A DNA stretch of 32,000 bases. Source: Alkanindiges illinoisensis DSM 15370 (GTDB lineage: Bacteria > Pseudomonadota > Gammaproteobacteria > Pseudomonadales > Moraxellaceae). Of the stretch, positions 17,420-27,557 are shown piece after piece. Numbering within the stretch: the stretch's first letter is position 1; every line of letters starts with the position of its first letter. Both the position numbers and the translations under genes were made by a program. The DNA is taken from positions 150,001 through 182,000 of the forward strand of contig NZ_JHUX01000007.1 of the NCBI RefSeq assembly GCF_000619845.1, in the 5' to 3' direction. The notes under the pieces are model-generated. The model ran no database searches, had not been told where the DNA came from, and saw only the letters and a list, made by a program, of their open reading frames with translations.

Positions 17420-17782
17420 TTAGGCGGTGGTTTCTACGATTACATAATATTTTTCTACCGGTTCCAGCACTTCAAACATACCGATAAAACCGGGTGGAAT
17501 AATGCCAGCCTGACCTGCATGAATTTCCACAAACTGACCTTGCGCGTCGTGCAGGCGAACTGTCCCTTTGATCAGCTGAAAAAACTCTTGTTTGTTGCTG
17601 GCAAATACAATGCGCCACGCACCCACTTCACACTGCCAAATGCCACAGCTCATGTTGGGATGTTCATACAGGCTAGTAGTCAGCCGTTTTGGATTACCTG
17701 CAACAAGACGCTCCGGGCGCGGATAATCTACCGTTGCCGTAGCGTGTACCAGGCCTTGTCCTGCAATAAAAATGTCTGCCAT
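17420..17782 (-). CDS. Small cupin-domain protein (DUF861 / cupin_3-like)
   Basis: 120 aa. CGIWQCEVGAWRIVFASNKQEFFQLIKGTVRLHDAQGQFVEIHAGQAGIIPPGFIGMFEVLEPVEKYYV fits the cupin beta-barrel pattern. It lies 17 nt downstream of trmA on the same strand. The antisense + strand ORF 17381-17785 looks non-protein-like. Confidence 0.75.
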   Translation of the reverse strand: MADIFIAGQGLVHATATVDYPRPERLVAGNPKRLTTSLYEHPNMSCGIWQCEVGAWRIVFASNKQEFFQLIKGTVRLHDAQGQFVEIHAGQAGIIPPGFIGMFEVLEPVEKYYVIVETTA

Positions 17783-17799
17783 TAACTTACTATCACCTT

Positions 17800-18885
17800 T
17801 TAAAGCTTTTCCAGTAATACCCCGGATTCTACGTGATGGGTATAAGGAAACTGGTCAAACAAGGCAAACTGGCTAATACGGTGCGTTTGGCTTAATGTCT
17901 TTAAGTTGTCGTGCAGGGTGTCCGGGTTACAGGAAATATAGATGATGCGCTCAAACCCTTGCAGCAGTTTTAAGGTGGCGTCATCAATCCCTGCGCGTGG
18001 CGGATCAACAAAGACCGTATCGAAATCATAAGTTTTGAGGTCGATCTTGGCTTCCTGCAAACGTCTGAATTCACGCTCACCGTGATAGGCCTGGGTAAAC
18101 TCTTCTGCGGATAAACGTGCAACCTGAATATTATCAATCTGGTTTTGCGCAATATTCCATTCAGCCGCATGTACCGATGATTTTGCCAATTCGGTTGCCA
18201 ATACTTTTCTAAATCTCAACGATAAAGGCAGGGTAAAGTTACCGTTGCCGCAATACAGTTCCAGTAAATCTTTATCTGAATGTCCTGCCACGCTGCAAGC
18301 CCAGTCCAGCATGTGCTGGCACACTTGCGCGTTAGGCTGGGTAAAGCTGCCTTCCACTTGTTTGTAGATAAATTCCCGGCCTTGAACCTTGAGCTTTTCC
18401 ACCACAAAGTCATTGCCAACCACCAGTTTTTGACCGCGACTGCGCCCGATAATGCTGATATTCAACTGCTCGCCCAATGCTTTGGCGGCTTGTTCCCAGT
18501 CTGCGTCCAGCTTGCGGTGGTAGATAAAACTGACCAGCATTTCGCCACTTAAGGTTGCCAAAAAGCCCACTTCAAACAGGCGTTCTGCTAACACAGGCAC
18601 AGCTTTAATGGCTGCCAGTAGTTTTGGCATTAAGCTGTTGATGCCTTGGTCTGCAATGGGAAATTCATCTATACGAATGACTTTCTTCTGCTTGCCATCT
18701 GCACTGCGTTCAAACATGGCATAGAACAGGTCATCTTCAATATGCCAGATGCGAAACTCCGCGCGCATGCGATAGTGTTGTTCTGGGGATTCAAACACTT
18801 GCAGGGCAGGCGGGTTATAATCAGCAAATTGCGCGCTGATGCGGTCAATTTTTTCTTGAAGTTGCAGTTGGTATGGCGAGGTCAT
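17800..18885 (-). CDS. trmA: tRNA (uracil54-C5)-methyltransferase TrmA
   Basis: 361 aa. It appears collinear with E. coli TrmA as I recall it, at [48 protein letters not shown] and [17 protein letters not shown]. Confidence 0.95.
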   Translation of the reverse strand: MTSPYQLQLQEKIDRISAQFADYNPPALQVFESPEQHYRMRAEFRIWHIEDDLFYAMFERSADGKQKKVIRIDEFPIADQGINSLMPKLLAAIKAVPVLAERLFEVGFLATLSGEMLVSFIYHRKLDADWEQAAKALGEQLNISIIGRSRGQKLVVGNDFVVEKLKVQGREFIYKQVEGSFTQPNAQVCQHMLDWACSVAGHSDKDLLELYCGNGNFTLPLSLRFRKVLATELAKSSVHAAEWNIAQNQIDNIQVARLSAEEFTQAYHGEREFRRLQEAKIDLKTYDFDTVFVDPPRAGIDDATLKLLQGFERIIYISCNPDTLHDNLKTLSQTHRISQFALFDQFPYTHHVESGVLLEKL

Positions 18886-19081
18886 AAGGCCAAGATGTCG
18901 AGCAGAAGTTAGGCGGCGAATGGTAGCAAATAAATACGTAACACGCGATAAACTGTTTACTAAGGCAATGGTATTGAGCGAGGTATCTGCTTTTGTATAA
19001 GGCCCGCCAAAAGATATTTTCTACCTGTTTAGGTTTACTGACCTGACTGGTCTTTCCTTAGGTCAAGTAAAATTACTGTCA

Positions 19082-20260
19082 TTATTCAGGTTCCTGACGA
19101 ACTACAGAATTAGCCTGATGTCTGACCCGGCTGATATGGTCATAAATCACCTTACGCATCCGGTTGGTTGCGCCTAAAGGCCGATGCTCAGGTAGCGCAT
19201 GCCAGGGTGAGAATGACAGGTTTTCACAAAACTGGTTTTGCGCTGGTGTGTCAAATGTTTGCTGTGGAATGGTCAGGGTTGCCACCTTATAAAATGGCGC
19301 ATCACTTTCTTTCCATTCGGTCATCGAGTCTTCCACGGACAGCGCAGTAGACGTGCGCGGCTGCACCAGAAACTCCATGCACACATCAGCATTATTCAGG
19401 CTTTGCTTTAAGGCACCGCGCAAATAGTTGTGGTCTGGCTGTGCAGGAATGGCGTCCTGCTTGGCAATACAGGGCCGTACTGAATACTTCACGGCATTTC
19501 GGTTTGCACCTGTACCCAATTGATAAGGCACCATTGACCAGTAACGGGCTTGCAGCGGATTGGCAATTCTGGAACGGGTGGTTTGAAAGGCAATCTTGCT
19601 GCCTTTAAAGCCCAGTGAAAAAGGAATCTGGAGCTTTTTTAAAAAACCGCCATTAATATCTTTCATCAACGCCAGATAGCGCTCGGGTTCATTGGCAAAA
19701 AACACCGGATGGTTAATTAAAATAAAATCCTGCGTGCTGGCCTGTGCTTCATCTTCCAGTAGTTTTTGCCCCGGAACATTCATCACCTTAATGGCCATGC
19801 CGCGTGCATCGCGCTTGATGTCGGCACGATCCGGTTTTGGCGAGCCATTGGAAAACCGGATCCATGCTGGATAGCTGTGCCCCGGTTTAAACATGCCCTG
19901 ACTTAACGACACAGGCAATTGATCTAGCACCTGAAATTGTGCCTTAACGCAGCCATGGGCTTTGGGGTGCACATCACGATGCGCCTGTCCCTGGCTATCG
20001 CGTTTACGGATCAGCTTTTCAAGCTCCATGCCAATTTGCTGGGCATAATCGGCTTCATGCGGATAAAGCATTTCACCCAGTTGCGCGTCGGCAACCGGAT
20101 AGGGCAAGGGTGATGTGGGCGTTATTGCTTGGCTTGCCCCAGTTTCCAGTTTGTTTTCTGCTTCTATAGCAGCATAGCTTAGGCTACTGGCCATCAGGCT
20201 ACAAAACGGTAAGGATAATATAAACGCTGAGTAAAATCGGACTTCCCTGCGTGTAAGCAT
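19082..20260 (-). CDS. Secreted catalase-related haem-binding protein (catalase-like domain, y4iL-like class)
   Basis: 392 aa. The signal-like N-terminus is FYSAFILSLPFCSLMASSLSYA. RDVHPKAHGCVKAQF and ARGMAIKV are catalase-core-like motifs. GGAG SD lies 8 nt upstream of the ATG. Confidence 0.7.
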   Translation of the reverse strand: MLTRREVRFYSAFILSLPFCSLMASSLSYAAIEAENKLETGASQAITPTSPLPYPVADAQLGEMLYPHEADYAQQIGMELEKLIRKRDSQGQAHRDVHPKAHGCVKAQFQVLDQLPVSLSQGMFKPGHSYPAWIRFSNGSPKPDRADIKRDARGMAIKVMNVPGQKLLEDEAQASTQDFILINHPVFFANEPERYLALMKDINGGFLKKLQIPFSLGFKGSKIAFQTTRSRIANPLQARYWSMVPYQLGTGANRNAVKYSVRPCIAKQDAIPAQPDHNYLRGALKQSLNNADVCMEFLVQPRTSTALSVEDSMTEWKESDAPFYKVATLTIPQQTFDTPAQNQFCENLSFSPWHALPEHRPLGATNRMRKVIYDHISRVRHQANSVVRQEPE

Positions 20261-20409
20261 TTTTCTTCTCCATATTGCTGTGTTCAGCTGCCCTGATTAA
20301 TGTCTTTACAGGGGCATTTATTGTTGCAATATAAGTGAAAAACCTGAGCTAAGTTAAAAACTTACAGAATTGATGCATGAAACAACAAAAAGTCTTTTTA
20401 GATATTCAT

Positions 20410-20438
20410 AAAAAACGACTCAAATTTAAGCTTGAGCC
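20410..20438 (-). terminator. Probable rho-independent terminator downstream of the DsbC-like gene
   Basis: On the - strand: GGCTCAA / 8-nt loop / TTGAGTC (7-bp stem with one G-U) followed by GTTTTTT. It sits about 115 nt after the stop at 20555. Confidence 0.45.
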
Positions 20439-20554
20439 GTTAAGCAAAATGCCTTGAACCAGAAACGACTGGCAAAAATTTGTTGGTAGGTGAGCAGACT
20501 GCGACGTTTAATCAATAGTGTTGTAACAGCTGCTAGCCGCACTTTTTAGTCTAT

Positions 20555-21010
20555 CTAATCCAGTAAAGGATCAATATCCTCAGCAGAAGCAGCGCCTGTT
20601 ATTAATTTGCCGCTGGACAGTATCAGGGTGGGTGTGCCATTGACACCCAGCGCTTGACCAAGTTGCAGATTGGCTTCAACTGGAGTATCACAGTTTCCGG
20701 CATTGTCTGGCTTAAGCTGCTGGGTCAGATAATCACGCCAGGCGCTGGTCCGATCCGGCGAACACCATATTTTACGGGTAATTTGTTCTGCTTTTGGATG
20801 CAATTGCGTCAGGGGAAACGGAAAAACATGGATAGTGACATCGTCCAGTTTGGCCAGTTCAAGTTCCAGCCGTTGGCAATAAGGGCATTCAGGGTCACTA
20901 AACACGGCAAGTTGTCGTGAACCATTGCCTTGTTTAAATTCAATGGCATGTTGAAACGGTAGCTCATTAAAGTTCATGGCTGAGTACATCTTATTGGAAA
21001 AAGGAAGCAT
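20555..21010 (-). CDS. DsbC/DsbG-family thioredoxin-fold domain protein, N-terminally truncated relative to canonical DsbC (possible gene remnant)
   Basis: CPYC active site in LAVFSDPECPYCQRLELEL, and the cis-Pro loop region GVNGTPTLIL. It is only 151 aa from ATG 21010 (the ORF-track start is TTG 21013). There is no signal peptide or dimerisation domain. The in-frame stop at 21047-21049 leaves no room for them. Confidence 0.7.
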   Translation of the reverse strand: MLPFSNKMYSAMNFNELPFQHAIEFKQGNGSRQLAVFSDPECPYCQRLELELAKLDDVTIHVFPFPLTQLHPKAEQITRKIWCSPDRTSAWRDYLTQQLKPDNAGNCDTPVEANLQLGQALGVNGTPTLILSSGKLITGAASAEDIDPLLD

Positions 21011-21013
21011 CAA

Positions 21014-21042
21014 GTAATAAGGAACGAGGCTAACATTGTCAA
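21014..21042 (-). promoter_or_regulatory. Putative sigma-70 promoter abutting the truncated DsbC-like ORF
   Basis: On the - strand: TTGACA (complement of 21037-21042), a 17-nt spacer, then TATTAC (complement of 21014-21019). The -10 ends 3 nt before the ATG, so any transcript would be leaderless or would start inside the ORF. Confidence 0.3.
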
Positions 21043-21168
21043 AACCTTAGGGTAATCTTTTGTTTTGAATTGTACGGGTTAATATCAGCACTCGGCACCG
21101 CATTAATGAAGTCATTAGTTTTAAATTTAAAAGCATTAACTTGCTTTTTTCTTTTCTAGAACATTGAT

Positions 21169-21873
21169 ATGGACAAAACTGAACAGCTAAAAATTTATGC
21201 TGAGCTACAGCAATATGGAACATTATGGCAGTGTATTGCTAAAGATTCGGGGGAACATCAAAAAGAAGATATTGAAAATGAAGCTTTGATTTTTGTTATT
21301 ACAGAATGGAAAGTAGCAGTACTTGGTTCATTCGATATTAATAATGCAGAACACCGGAAATATTTGTACGGTGCAATGCATAAAAAGTTTGTTGAATATT
21401 CTGAGAAAAATATTAAGTACGCAGCAAGGATAGATCAACCATTGCGTAACAACCCAGATGCAACAACACACCCTATCTTGCTGCAAGCAAAAGCTTCGGA
21501 TGCACATGAACCATTGCAGCAATTGCTTGATGCTGAGGACAATCTGATCACAGAGAAAATACAAATCAGGCAGATTGCAGAAAATAGCTTTTCAATGGTA
21601 TTGGCATATATTGAATTGTTTGAAAGGCTTAAATCTAAAACAGACAAACATACTTATTTGAATATTGCGGCAGAGCTGAAAATGTCTTATTCATGGCTGC
21701 GTAAATGCTTAAATCGGGCTGATAAATTTTTGAAAACACAACCCTCTTTGTTTGATGGCATTGAAAGTGTACTTGTCACAGATAAATTAGAAAGCTGGCG
21801 CAAAGTTAAAATCATCAGAGATTCTAAATCGGCGCCAGTGGTTCTACATGCACAACTCAGCTTATTTCAATAA
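21169..21873 (+). CDS. Hypothetical protein with sigma-70/ECF-like region 2 and region 4 patterns (orphan, AT-rich)
   Basis: 234 aa. [15 protein letters not shown]...[23 protein letters not shown] resembles ECF region 2 (xEDLxQExFLxxW...F..WLY.IA.N). [28 protein letters not shown] resembles a region-4 HTH. Its GC is clearly lower than the flanks. Its last 12 nt overlap the uvrA stop. Confidence 0.5.
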   Translation: MDKTEQLKIYAELQQYGTLWQCIAKDSGEHQKEDIENEALIFVITEWKVAVLGSFDINNAEHRKYLYGAMHKKFVEYSEKNIKYAARIDQPLRNNPDATTHPILLQAKASDAHEPLQQLLDAEDNLITEKIQIRQIAENSFSMVLAYIELFERLKSKTDKHTYLNIAAELKMSYSWLRKCLNRADKFLKTQPSLFDGIESVLVTDKLESWRKVKIIRDSKSAPVVLHAQLSLFQ

Positions 21874-24690
21874 AGGCTTCAAAAACTGCCCTGTAAATGA
21901 TTTTTTCACCTTCACTACTTCTTCCGGTGTCCCTTCGGCAATAATCAAGCCACCGCCAGAACCACCTTCCGGGCCCAAGTCCACAATCCAGTCTGCGGTT
22001 TTCACCACATCCAGATTGTGCTCAATCACCACAATACTATTGCCCTTGTCGCGCAGGTGATGCAGGATTTCCAGCAGCTTGGCAATATCATGGAAGTGCA
22101 GACCAGTGGTCGGCTCATCCAGAATATACAGCGTCTTGCCAGTATCCCGTTTGGCCAGTTCACGCGCCAGTTTCACCCGTTGCGCCTCACCACCGGATAG
22201 CGTCGTAGCTGCCTGACCCAAGCGAATATATCCCAACCCCACATGAATCAGGGTTTCCAGCTTGCGATGAATGGCCGGAATGGCAGAGAAAAACTCGGCA
22301 GCATCTTCCACCGTCATTTGCAGCACATCGGAAATATTCTTGCCCTTGTAGTTCACTTCCAGCGTTTCACGGTTGTAACGCTTGCCATGACAGGCATCAC
22401 ACGGCACATACATATCCGGCAAGAAATGCATGGCCACCTTGATCATACCGTCGCCTTCGCAGGCTTCACAACGTCCGCCTTTCACGTTAAAGCTAAAGCG
22501 TCCAGCCGCATAACCGCGAGCCTTGGCTTCCACCGTTTGCGCAAACAGTTCGCGAATCGGGGTAAACAATCCGGTATAAGTAGCCGGGTTAGAACGTGGG
22601 GTACGGCCAATCGGGCTTTGGTCAATATCGACCACCTTGTCCAGATGTTGTAAGCCATCAATAGTGTCAAATTTTTCCGGCGTGAGCGTACTGGCACCAT
22701 TCAATTGTGTAGCTGCCAGTGGCAACAAAGTGCGGTTAATCAGCGTGGATTTACCTGAACCGGACACACCAGTAATACAGGTAAACAGGCCCAGCGGAAT
22801 ACTTAAATTCACCTTTTTCAGGTTATGACCACAGGCACCATTAAGATGCAGCATCTTGTCCGGCTGTGGCGCATTGCGCTGCTTCGGCACTTCAATTTTC
22901 AACCGACCCGACAGATACTGCCCAGTAAGGGAATCGCTATGCGCTTCAATTTCCTGAAACGTACCTTCGGCGATAATTTCGCCGCCATGTACGCCAGCAC
23001 CCGGGCCAATATCAATAATATGGTCAGCGGCACGAATCGCGTCTTCATCATGCTCAACCACCAGTACGGTATTGCCCAGATCACGTAAACGGATCAGGGT
23101 TTTAAGCAGGCGGTCATTATCACGTTGGTGCAGACCAATGGATGGCTCATCCAATACATACATCACGCCCATCAAGCCCGCACCAATTTGTGAGGCCAGC
23201 CGGATACGCTGTGCTTCACCACCGGACAGGGTATCGGCAGAGCGCGACAGGCTCAGATAATTCAGGCCAACGCTCACCAGAAAATGCAGGCGCTCGCGGA
23301 TTTCCTTGAAAATCTTGTCGGCAATTTCACCCTTGGCCCCTTCCAGTTTAAGCGATTGGTAATAGCTTTCTGCATCACCAATCGACATCTTGGTGACTTC
23401 AGGCAGAGTACAATTGACCACTTTCACGTTGCGTGCCAGTTCATTCAGGCGGGAGCCACCACAGGCATCACAGGCGGCATTGGACAAATACTGCGCCAGA
23501 TCATCGCGTACCAGATTGCTTTCAGTTTCCCGGTAACGGCGATCCAGATAGGGTAGTACCCCTTCAAACACCATTACCCGATGCTGCTTGCGGCCACGTT
23601 CATCCACATAGGAAAAATCAATTTTTTCCTTACCCGAACCATTCAAGACAATGTTTTGCTGGTTTTTGGGCAAGGTGTGCCACGGCGCATTCATATCAAT
23701 ATCATAATGCGCTGACAGCTTGGTAATAAAACCAAAGTAATACGGACGCTGGCGATCCCAGCCTTTAATCGCGCCCTGATTCAGCGACAGTTCAGCATTG
23801 GGAATCAGTTTTTCGGCACTAAAGTGACTGCGTACACCCAAGCCATCACAGACCGGACAGGCACCAGAGGGATTGTTAAAGGAAAACAAGCGCGGTTCCA
23901 GTTCGGCCACTGCACGGTCACACTGGGGGCAACTGTGCTTGGCGGAAAACACCTGCTCAGGATGACTGCCATCCAGCCAGCTTAAGGTGGCAATATCACC
24001 ACCCAGTCGCAGGGCAGTTTCAAATGATTCCGCCAGCCGGTTGCCCAAGTCTTCACGCACCTTGAAACGATCCACAATCACTTCAATGGTGTGTTTTTTC
24101 TTTTTGTCCAACGTTGGTGGTTCATCCAGCTCAATAATTTCACCATCCACGCGCGCGCGCACAAAACCCTGTCCCTGCAATTGTTCAAACAGGTGGGTAT
24201 ATTCACCCTTGCGCTCACGAACCACGGGCGCCAGCAACATTAGCGCTGCACCTTCAGGCAGGGCCTTAACGCTATCCACCATTTCAGACACGGTTTGTGC
24301 CACCATCGGCAAGTCATGTTCCGGGCAGTACGGTGTTCCCACGCGGGCATACAGCAGGCGCAGGTAATCGTAAATTTCGGTAATGGTGCCAACGGTGGAG
24401 CGCGGGTTATGGCTGGTGGATTTTTGTTCAATGGCAATCGCTGGTGACAAGCCTTCAATGCTGTCTACTTCCGGCTTTTCCATTTGCGACAAAAACTGCC
24501 GTGCGTAAGCCGACAGCGACTCCACATAGCGGCGCTGGCCTTCGGCATATAAGGTATCAAAAGCCAGTGACGATTTACCCGAGCCTGATAATCCGGTAAT
24601 CACCACAAACTTATCACGCGGAATATCCAGCGAGATATTTTTTAGATTATGTGTTTTTGCACCACGAATACGAATTTCATTTTGGCTCAT
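21862..24690 (-). CDS. uvrA: Excinuclease ABC subunit A (UvrA)
   Basis: 942 aa. [61 protein letters not shown], both ABC modules ([18 protein letters not shown] twice) and the zinc-finger cysteines are all present. Confidence 0.98.
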   Translation of the reverse strand: MSQNEIRIRGAKTHNLKNISLDIPRDKFVVITGLSGSGKSSLAFDTLYAEGQRRYVESLSAYARQFLSQMEKPEVDSIEGLSPAIAIEQKSTSHNPRSTVGTITEIYDYLRLLYARVGTPYCPEHDLPMVAQTVSEMVDSVKALPEGAALMLLAPVVRERKGEYTHLFEQLQGQGFVRARVDGEIIELDEPPTLDKKKKHTIEVIVDRFKVREDLGNRLAESFETALRLGGDIATLSWLDGSHPEQVFSAKHSCPQCDRAVAELEPRLFSFNNPSGACPVCDGLGVRSHFSAEKLIPNAELSLNQGAIKGWDRQRPYYFGFITKLSAHYDIDMNAPWHTLPKNQQNIVLNGSGKEKIDFSYVDERGRKQHRVMVFEGVLPYLDRRYRETESNLVRDDLAQYLSNAACDACGGSRLNELARNVKVVNCTLPEVTKMSIGDAESYYQSLKLEGAKGEIADKIFKEIRERLHFLVSVGLNYLSLSRSADTLSGGEAQRIRLASQIGAGLMGVMYVLDEPSIGLHQRDNDRLLKTLIRLRDLGNTVLVVEHDEDAIRAADHIIDIGPGAGVHGGEIIAEGTFQEIEAHSDSLTGQYLSGRLKIEVPKQRNAPQPDKMLHLNGACGHNLKKVNLSIPLGLFTCITGVSGSGKSTLINRTLLPLAATQLNGASTLTPEKFDTIDGLQHLDKVVDIDQSPIGRTPRSNPATYTGLFTPIRELFAQTVEAKARGYAAGRFSFNVKGGRCEACEGDGMIKVAMHFLPDMYVPCDACHGKRYNRETLEVNYKGKNISDVLQMTVEDAAEFFSAIPAIHRKLETLIHVGLGYIRLGQAATTLSGGEAQRVKLARELAKRDTGKTLYILDEPTTGLHFHDIAKLLEILHHLRDKGNSIVVIEHNLDVVKTADWIVDLGPEGGSGGGLIIAEGTPEEVVKVKKSFTGQFLKPLLK

Positions 24691-24928
24691 GTAAATCTCA
24701 GCTAATTGTGGATGAACAACGGTAACGCATGATCAAACGACTAAAAGGCAGTCCATCGCAGTCTGATGACCAGGACCTTCCGGCTACGCCATATACAGGT
24801 TAAAAGAATAATATTTAAGCCTAAATATGGTGATAATTTATGTAACTTCAAGTTGTCATCCCGTCGCCGTTACCAAAAAATTTTTTCAATCAGGCAGGGC
24901 TGTGCAAACGCAGCGGCTATGCAACAAT

Positions 24929-24957
24929 CTGGCACATTAGTAAAATAAGCGTATACT
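24929..24957 (+). promoter_or_regulatory. Putative sigma-70 promoter for the MFS-ssb genes
   Basis: CTGGCA (24929-24934), a 17-nt spacer, then TATACT (24952-24957), 45 nt upstream of ATG 25003. Based on pattern match only. Confidence 0.3.
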
Positions 24958-25002
24958 GCTTAGCGTTTTCTATTGCATCATCCTTTACGGTTCAAAATTT
25001 TC

Positions 25003-26370
25003 ATGAATGCCACAGAACGCCGCTCCACGTTTGCTTTAGGTAGTATCTTTGCCCTGCGCATGCTGGGCTTGTTCATGATCGTTCCGGTCTTTGCCATTGC
25101 AGGGCAGCAGTACAGTGGTGCGACCCCTGCATTGCTGGGTCTGGCTGTCGGTGTTTATGGCTTAAGCCAGGCTTTATTACAAATTCCCTTTAGCCTGTGG
25201 GCGGATTATGTATCGCGCCGTGGCCTGATTATTTTTGGCCTGATCCTGTTTGCGCTGGGTAATGCAATTGCTGCCATGTCTACCGAGATCTGGCAGGTGA
25301 TTATTGGCCGTGCACTGGCAGGCGGCGGGGCAATTTCTGCGGTGGTGATGGCATTACTGGCCGATGTCACCCGTGAGGAACAGCGCAGCAAGGCCATGGC
25401 CATTATGGGCATGAGTATTGGCGCATCCTTCATGCTGGCTTTTATTATTGGCCCATTACTGACGGCACATATTGGTTTGTCCGGCTTATTCTGGTTTTCC
25501 AGCATTGCCGGTATTCTGGCAATTTTCCTGCTATTACTGGTGCCGCAGGTTTCGATTCAGCATAAACAGGCCAATGGTCATTATCGGGAAAAATTTAAAC
25601 TGGTATTAAATAATGCCAACTTAAACCGCCTGCATATTTCCATTTTCATGCTGCATTTAATCATGACAGCATTGTTTGTTTTTATTCCAAGCCAGTTAGT
25701 TGAGTGGGCCGGTATTCCGGTAAATCATCATGGCTGGGTATATTTACCCCTATTATTAATCAGCTGCTTTTTTGCCTTTCCCAGTATTATTGTGGCCGAA
25801 AAAAAACAGCAAATGCGTTATATTTTTATGGCAGCGGTATTTTCCATTACTGCGGCATTAGTTGTTTTAAGCCTATTTTATACCACGCCATGGGGATTAA
25901 TTTTAGGTCTGGCGCTGTTCTTTATTGCCTTTAATGTGATCGAAGCCCTATTGCCTTCATGGCTGTCCAAGATTGCCCTGCCTTCGGTAAAAGCTACGGC
26001 AATGGGTATCAATGCTTCCAGCCAGTTTCTGGGAGCGTTCTTTGGCGGTGTACTGGGCGGGCAGTTATTATCCAGCAGCAATACCACACTGGCCTGGGGC
26101 ATTCTGGTTGCCCTGGCCACCATTTGGCTTGGCGTGAGCTGGTTTCTGGAGTCACCGCGCTACCTGTCTACTCTAACTGTTGACTTGCCATCAGATCAGA
26201 TTAACCTGAGCAACTGGAGTGCTCAAATCCTTGAAGTACAAGGGGTTGAGGAAGTTGCTATCTTAAAACAGCAGGGCATTGCCTACATTAAAGTAGACCC
26301 AAAAGACCTGAATGATGAGGCGCGACAAAAGCTGTCGCTATTGGTGAATCAACCTGTAGCCTTTTCATAA
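25003..26370 (+). CDS. MFS transporter with a roughly 70-aa soluble C-terminal extension
   Basis: The ORF-track start is TTG 24973. ATG 25003 (MNATERRSTFALGSIFALRMLG...) is preferred. About 12 TM segments. The position between uvrA and ssb is the arrangement I recall from Pseudomonas and Acinetobacter. Confidence 0.88.
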   Translation: MNATERRSTFALGSIFALRMLGLFMIVPVFAIAGQQYSGATPALLGLAVGVYGLSQALLQIPFSLWADYVSRRGLIIFGLILFALGNAIAAMSTEIWQVIIGRALAGGGAISAVVMALLADVTREEQRSKAMAIMGMSIGASFMLAFIIGPLLTAHIGLSGLFWFSSIAGILAIFLLLLVPQVSIQHKQANGHYREKFKLVLNNANLNRLHISIFMLHLIMTALFVFIPSQLVEWAGIPVNHHGWVYLPLLLISCFFAFPSIIVAEKKQQMRYIFMAAVFSITAALVVLSLFYTTPWGLILGLALFFIAFNVIEALLPSWLSKIALPSVKATAMGINASSQFLGAFFGGVLGGQLLSSSNTTLAWGILVALATIWLGVSWFLESPRYLSTLTVDLPSDQINLSNWSAQILEVQGVEEVAILKQQGIAYIKVDPKDLNDEARQKLSLLVNQPVAFS

Positions 26371-26420
26371 AGACTAGTTTACAGTCAGCATATCAAAAAA
26401 TTAAACATGAGGAATAATCC

Positions 26421-26954
26421 ATGCGTGGTGTAAATAAAGTCATTCTTGTTGGCACTCTGGGCCGTGATCCTGAAACCAAAAGCTTTCCAAACGGTGGTTC
26501 ACTCACACAGTTTTCCATTGCTACCAGTGAAAGCTGGACGGATAAAAACACAGGCGAACGTCAGGAAATTACTGAATGGCACCGCATCGTATTAAATAAC
26601 CGTCTGGGTGAAGTGGCTCAGCAGTATTTAAAGAAGGGCAGCAAGGTTTATATTGAAGGCAGCCTGCGTACCCGCAAGTGGACTGATAAAGATGGTCAGG
26701 AACGCTTTACTACTGAGATCCGTGGTGATTCCATGCAAATGCTGGATGGCCCGCGTGGTGGTCAGGGTGAAGGCAGCCAGAATATGGACTATGCACCCTA
26801 TAGCGCCCGTTCTGGTAATGGCCAGTCTGGTAATAATTATTCGGGCAATAATCAGTCCGGTGATAATCAATATTCATCAGGTCAGGGCAGAAATACTGGG
26901 GCAACCAGCAGCCCGCAATATAATACCGATCTGGATGATGATTTACCGTTCTAA
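26421..26954 (+). CDS. ssb: Single-stranded DNA-binding protein
   Basis: The OB-fold N-terminus is [39 protein letters not shown]...[13 protein letters not shown]-rich linker follows, then the acidic tip [16 protein letters not shown] lies upstream. Confidence 0.97.
   Translation: MRGVNKVILVGTLGRDPETKSFPNGGSLTQFSIATSESWTDKNTGERQEITEWHRIVLNNRLGEVAQQYLKKGSKVYIEGSLRTRKWTDKDGQERFTTEIRGDSMQMLDGPRGGQGEGSQNMDYAPYSARSGNGQSGNNYSGNNQSGDNQYSSGQGRNTGATSSPQYNTDLDDDLPF
26811..26870 (+). repeat. Four tandem 15-nt (pentapeptide) units in the SSB disordered linker
   Basis: TCTGGTAATGGCCAG / TCTGGTAATAATTAT / TCGGGCAATAATCAG / TCCGGTGATAATCAA encode [20 protein letters not shown], in frame. Confidence 0.8.
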
Positions 26955-26955
26955 T

Positions 26956-26985
26956 CCTTATTCCTATAAACTTTAAAGAATAAGG
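26956..26985 (+). terminator. Hairpin just after the ssb stop (weak terminator candidate)
   Basis: CCTTATTC (26956-26963) pairs with GAATAAGG (26978-26985) across a 14-nt loop. No T-tract follows. Confidence 0.25.
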
Positions 26986-27065
26986 TGACACACTCTCACG
27001 ATTATAATATGATCAGCCCATATTGTTTAATATAACAATGGTTATTTATATTCGTGGGAGTGGTA

Positions 27066-27392
27066 ATGAAACCTGATATTAGTAGTTTATCAGTTGCTGA
27101 ACTGAAAAAACTGACCGATGAAGCCGAAGCACTAATCGAGTCAAAAAAAGAACAAGAGCTTGATGCAGCGTATGACAGAATTATAGAAATTGCTGCGTCT
27201 GTGGGTGTAACACTGGAAGAACTGGTTGCCCGGGGTAACAAGTCCAGCAAGAGTACAAACCGCAAGCCCGTTGCACCTCGCTATCGCAATCCGGAAAACC
27301 AGCAGGAAACCTGGACTGGCCGTGGCAAGCAACCACGCTGGCTGGCCGCTAAACTGACCGATGGCGCCAAGCTGGATGATTTCTTGATTTAA
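27066..27392 (+). CDS. hns: H-NS family nucleoid-associated protein
   Basis: 108 aa from ATG 27066, with GGGAG 5 nt upstream (the ORF-track start GTG 27054 is unlikely). It has an N-terminal coiled-coil (LSVAELKKLTDEAEALIESKKEQ) and the C-terminal DNA-binding motif ETWTGRGKQPRWL. Confidence 0.9.
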   Translation: MKPDISSLSVAELKKLTDEAEALIESKKEQELDAAYDRIIEIAASVGVTLEELVARGNKSSKSTNRKPVAPRYRNPENQQETWTGRGKQPRWLAAKLTDGAKLDDFLI

Positions 27393-27410
27393 AGCTTCTT
27401 AAAAAAACGC

Positions 27411-27442
27411 AAGCCAGTGGTGTGCTTTGATATTACTGGCTT
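27411..27442 (+). terminator. Hairpin downstream of hns (weak terminator candidate)
   Basis: AAGCCAGT (27411-27418) pairs with ACTGGCTT (27435-27442). The A7 run lies upstream (27401-27407) rather than a T run downstream, so on the + strand it is non-canonical. Confidence 0.25.
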
Positions 27443-27557
27443 AAAGCGTGATGAAAACTTAATATAAAACGCTTTTCGTTTGCAGCAGTTTTGCGCATAA
27501 TGAGCCATCATGCAGGCACATGGCCACTGGTTAAAACAAATGATGGTATTTTAACAA

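Noticed and set aside
17381-17785. 134-aa + strand ORF covering the same DNA as the cupin gene.
   Set aside because: Its sequence is Cys/His/Phe-rich with no fold pattern. The - strand ORF shows a cupin beta-barrel pattern and sits in operon position behind trmA.
24691-25002. Search for a LexA-type SOS box (CTG-N10-CAG) in the uvrA / MFS-ssb intergenic region, where E. coli has one.
   Set aside because: I checked every CTG in the interval by hand and none is followed by CAG at the N10 spacing. This fits a lineage lacking canonical LexA, but absence of a motif is not a positive finding.
26986-27065. Promoter and palindrome candidates upstream of hns (GTGACA at 26985-26990, TATAAT at 27003-27008, ATTGTT-TAATAT-AACAAT).
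   Set aside because: The -35/-10 spacing is only 12 nt, and the palindrome is short and lies in very AT-rich DNA. This is insufficient for a call.
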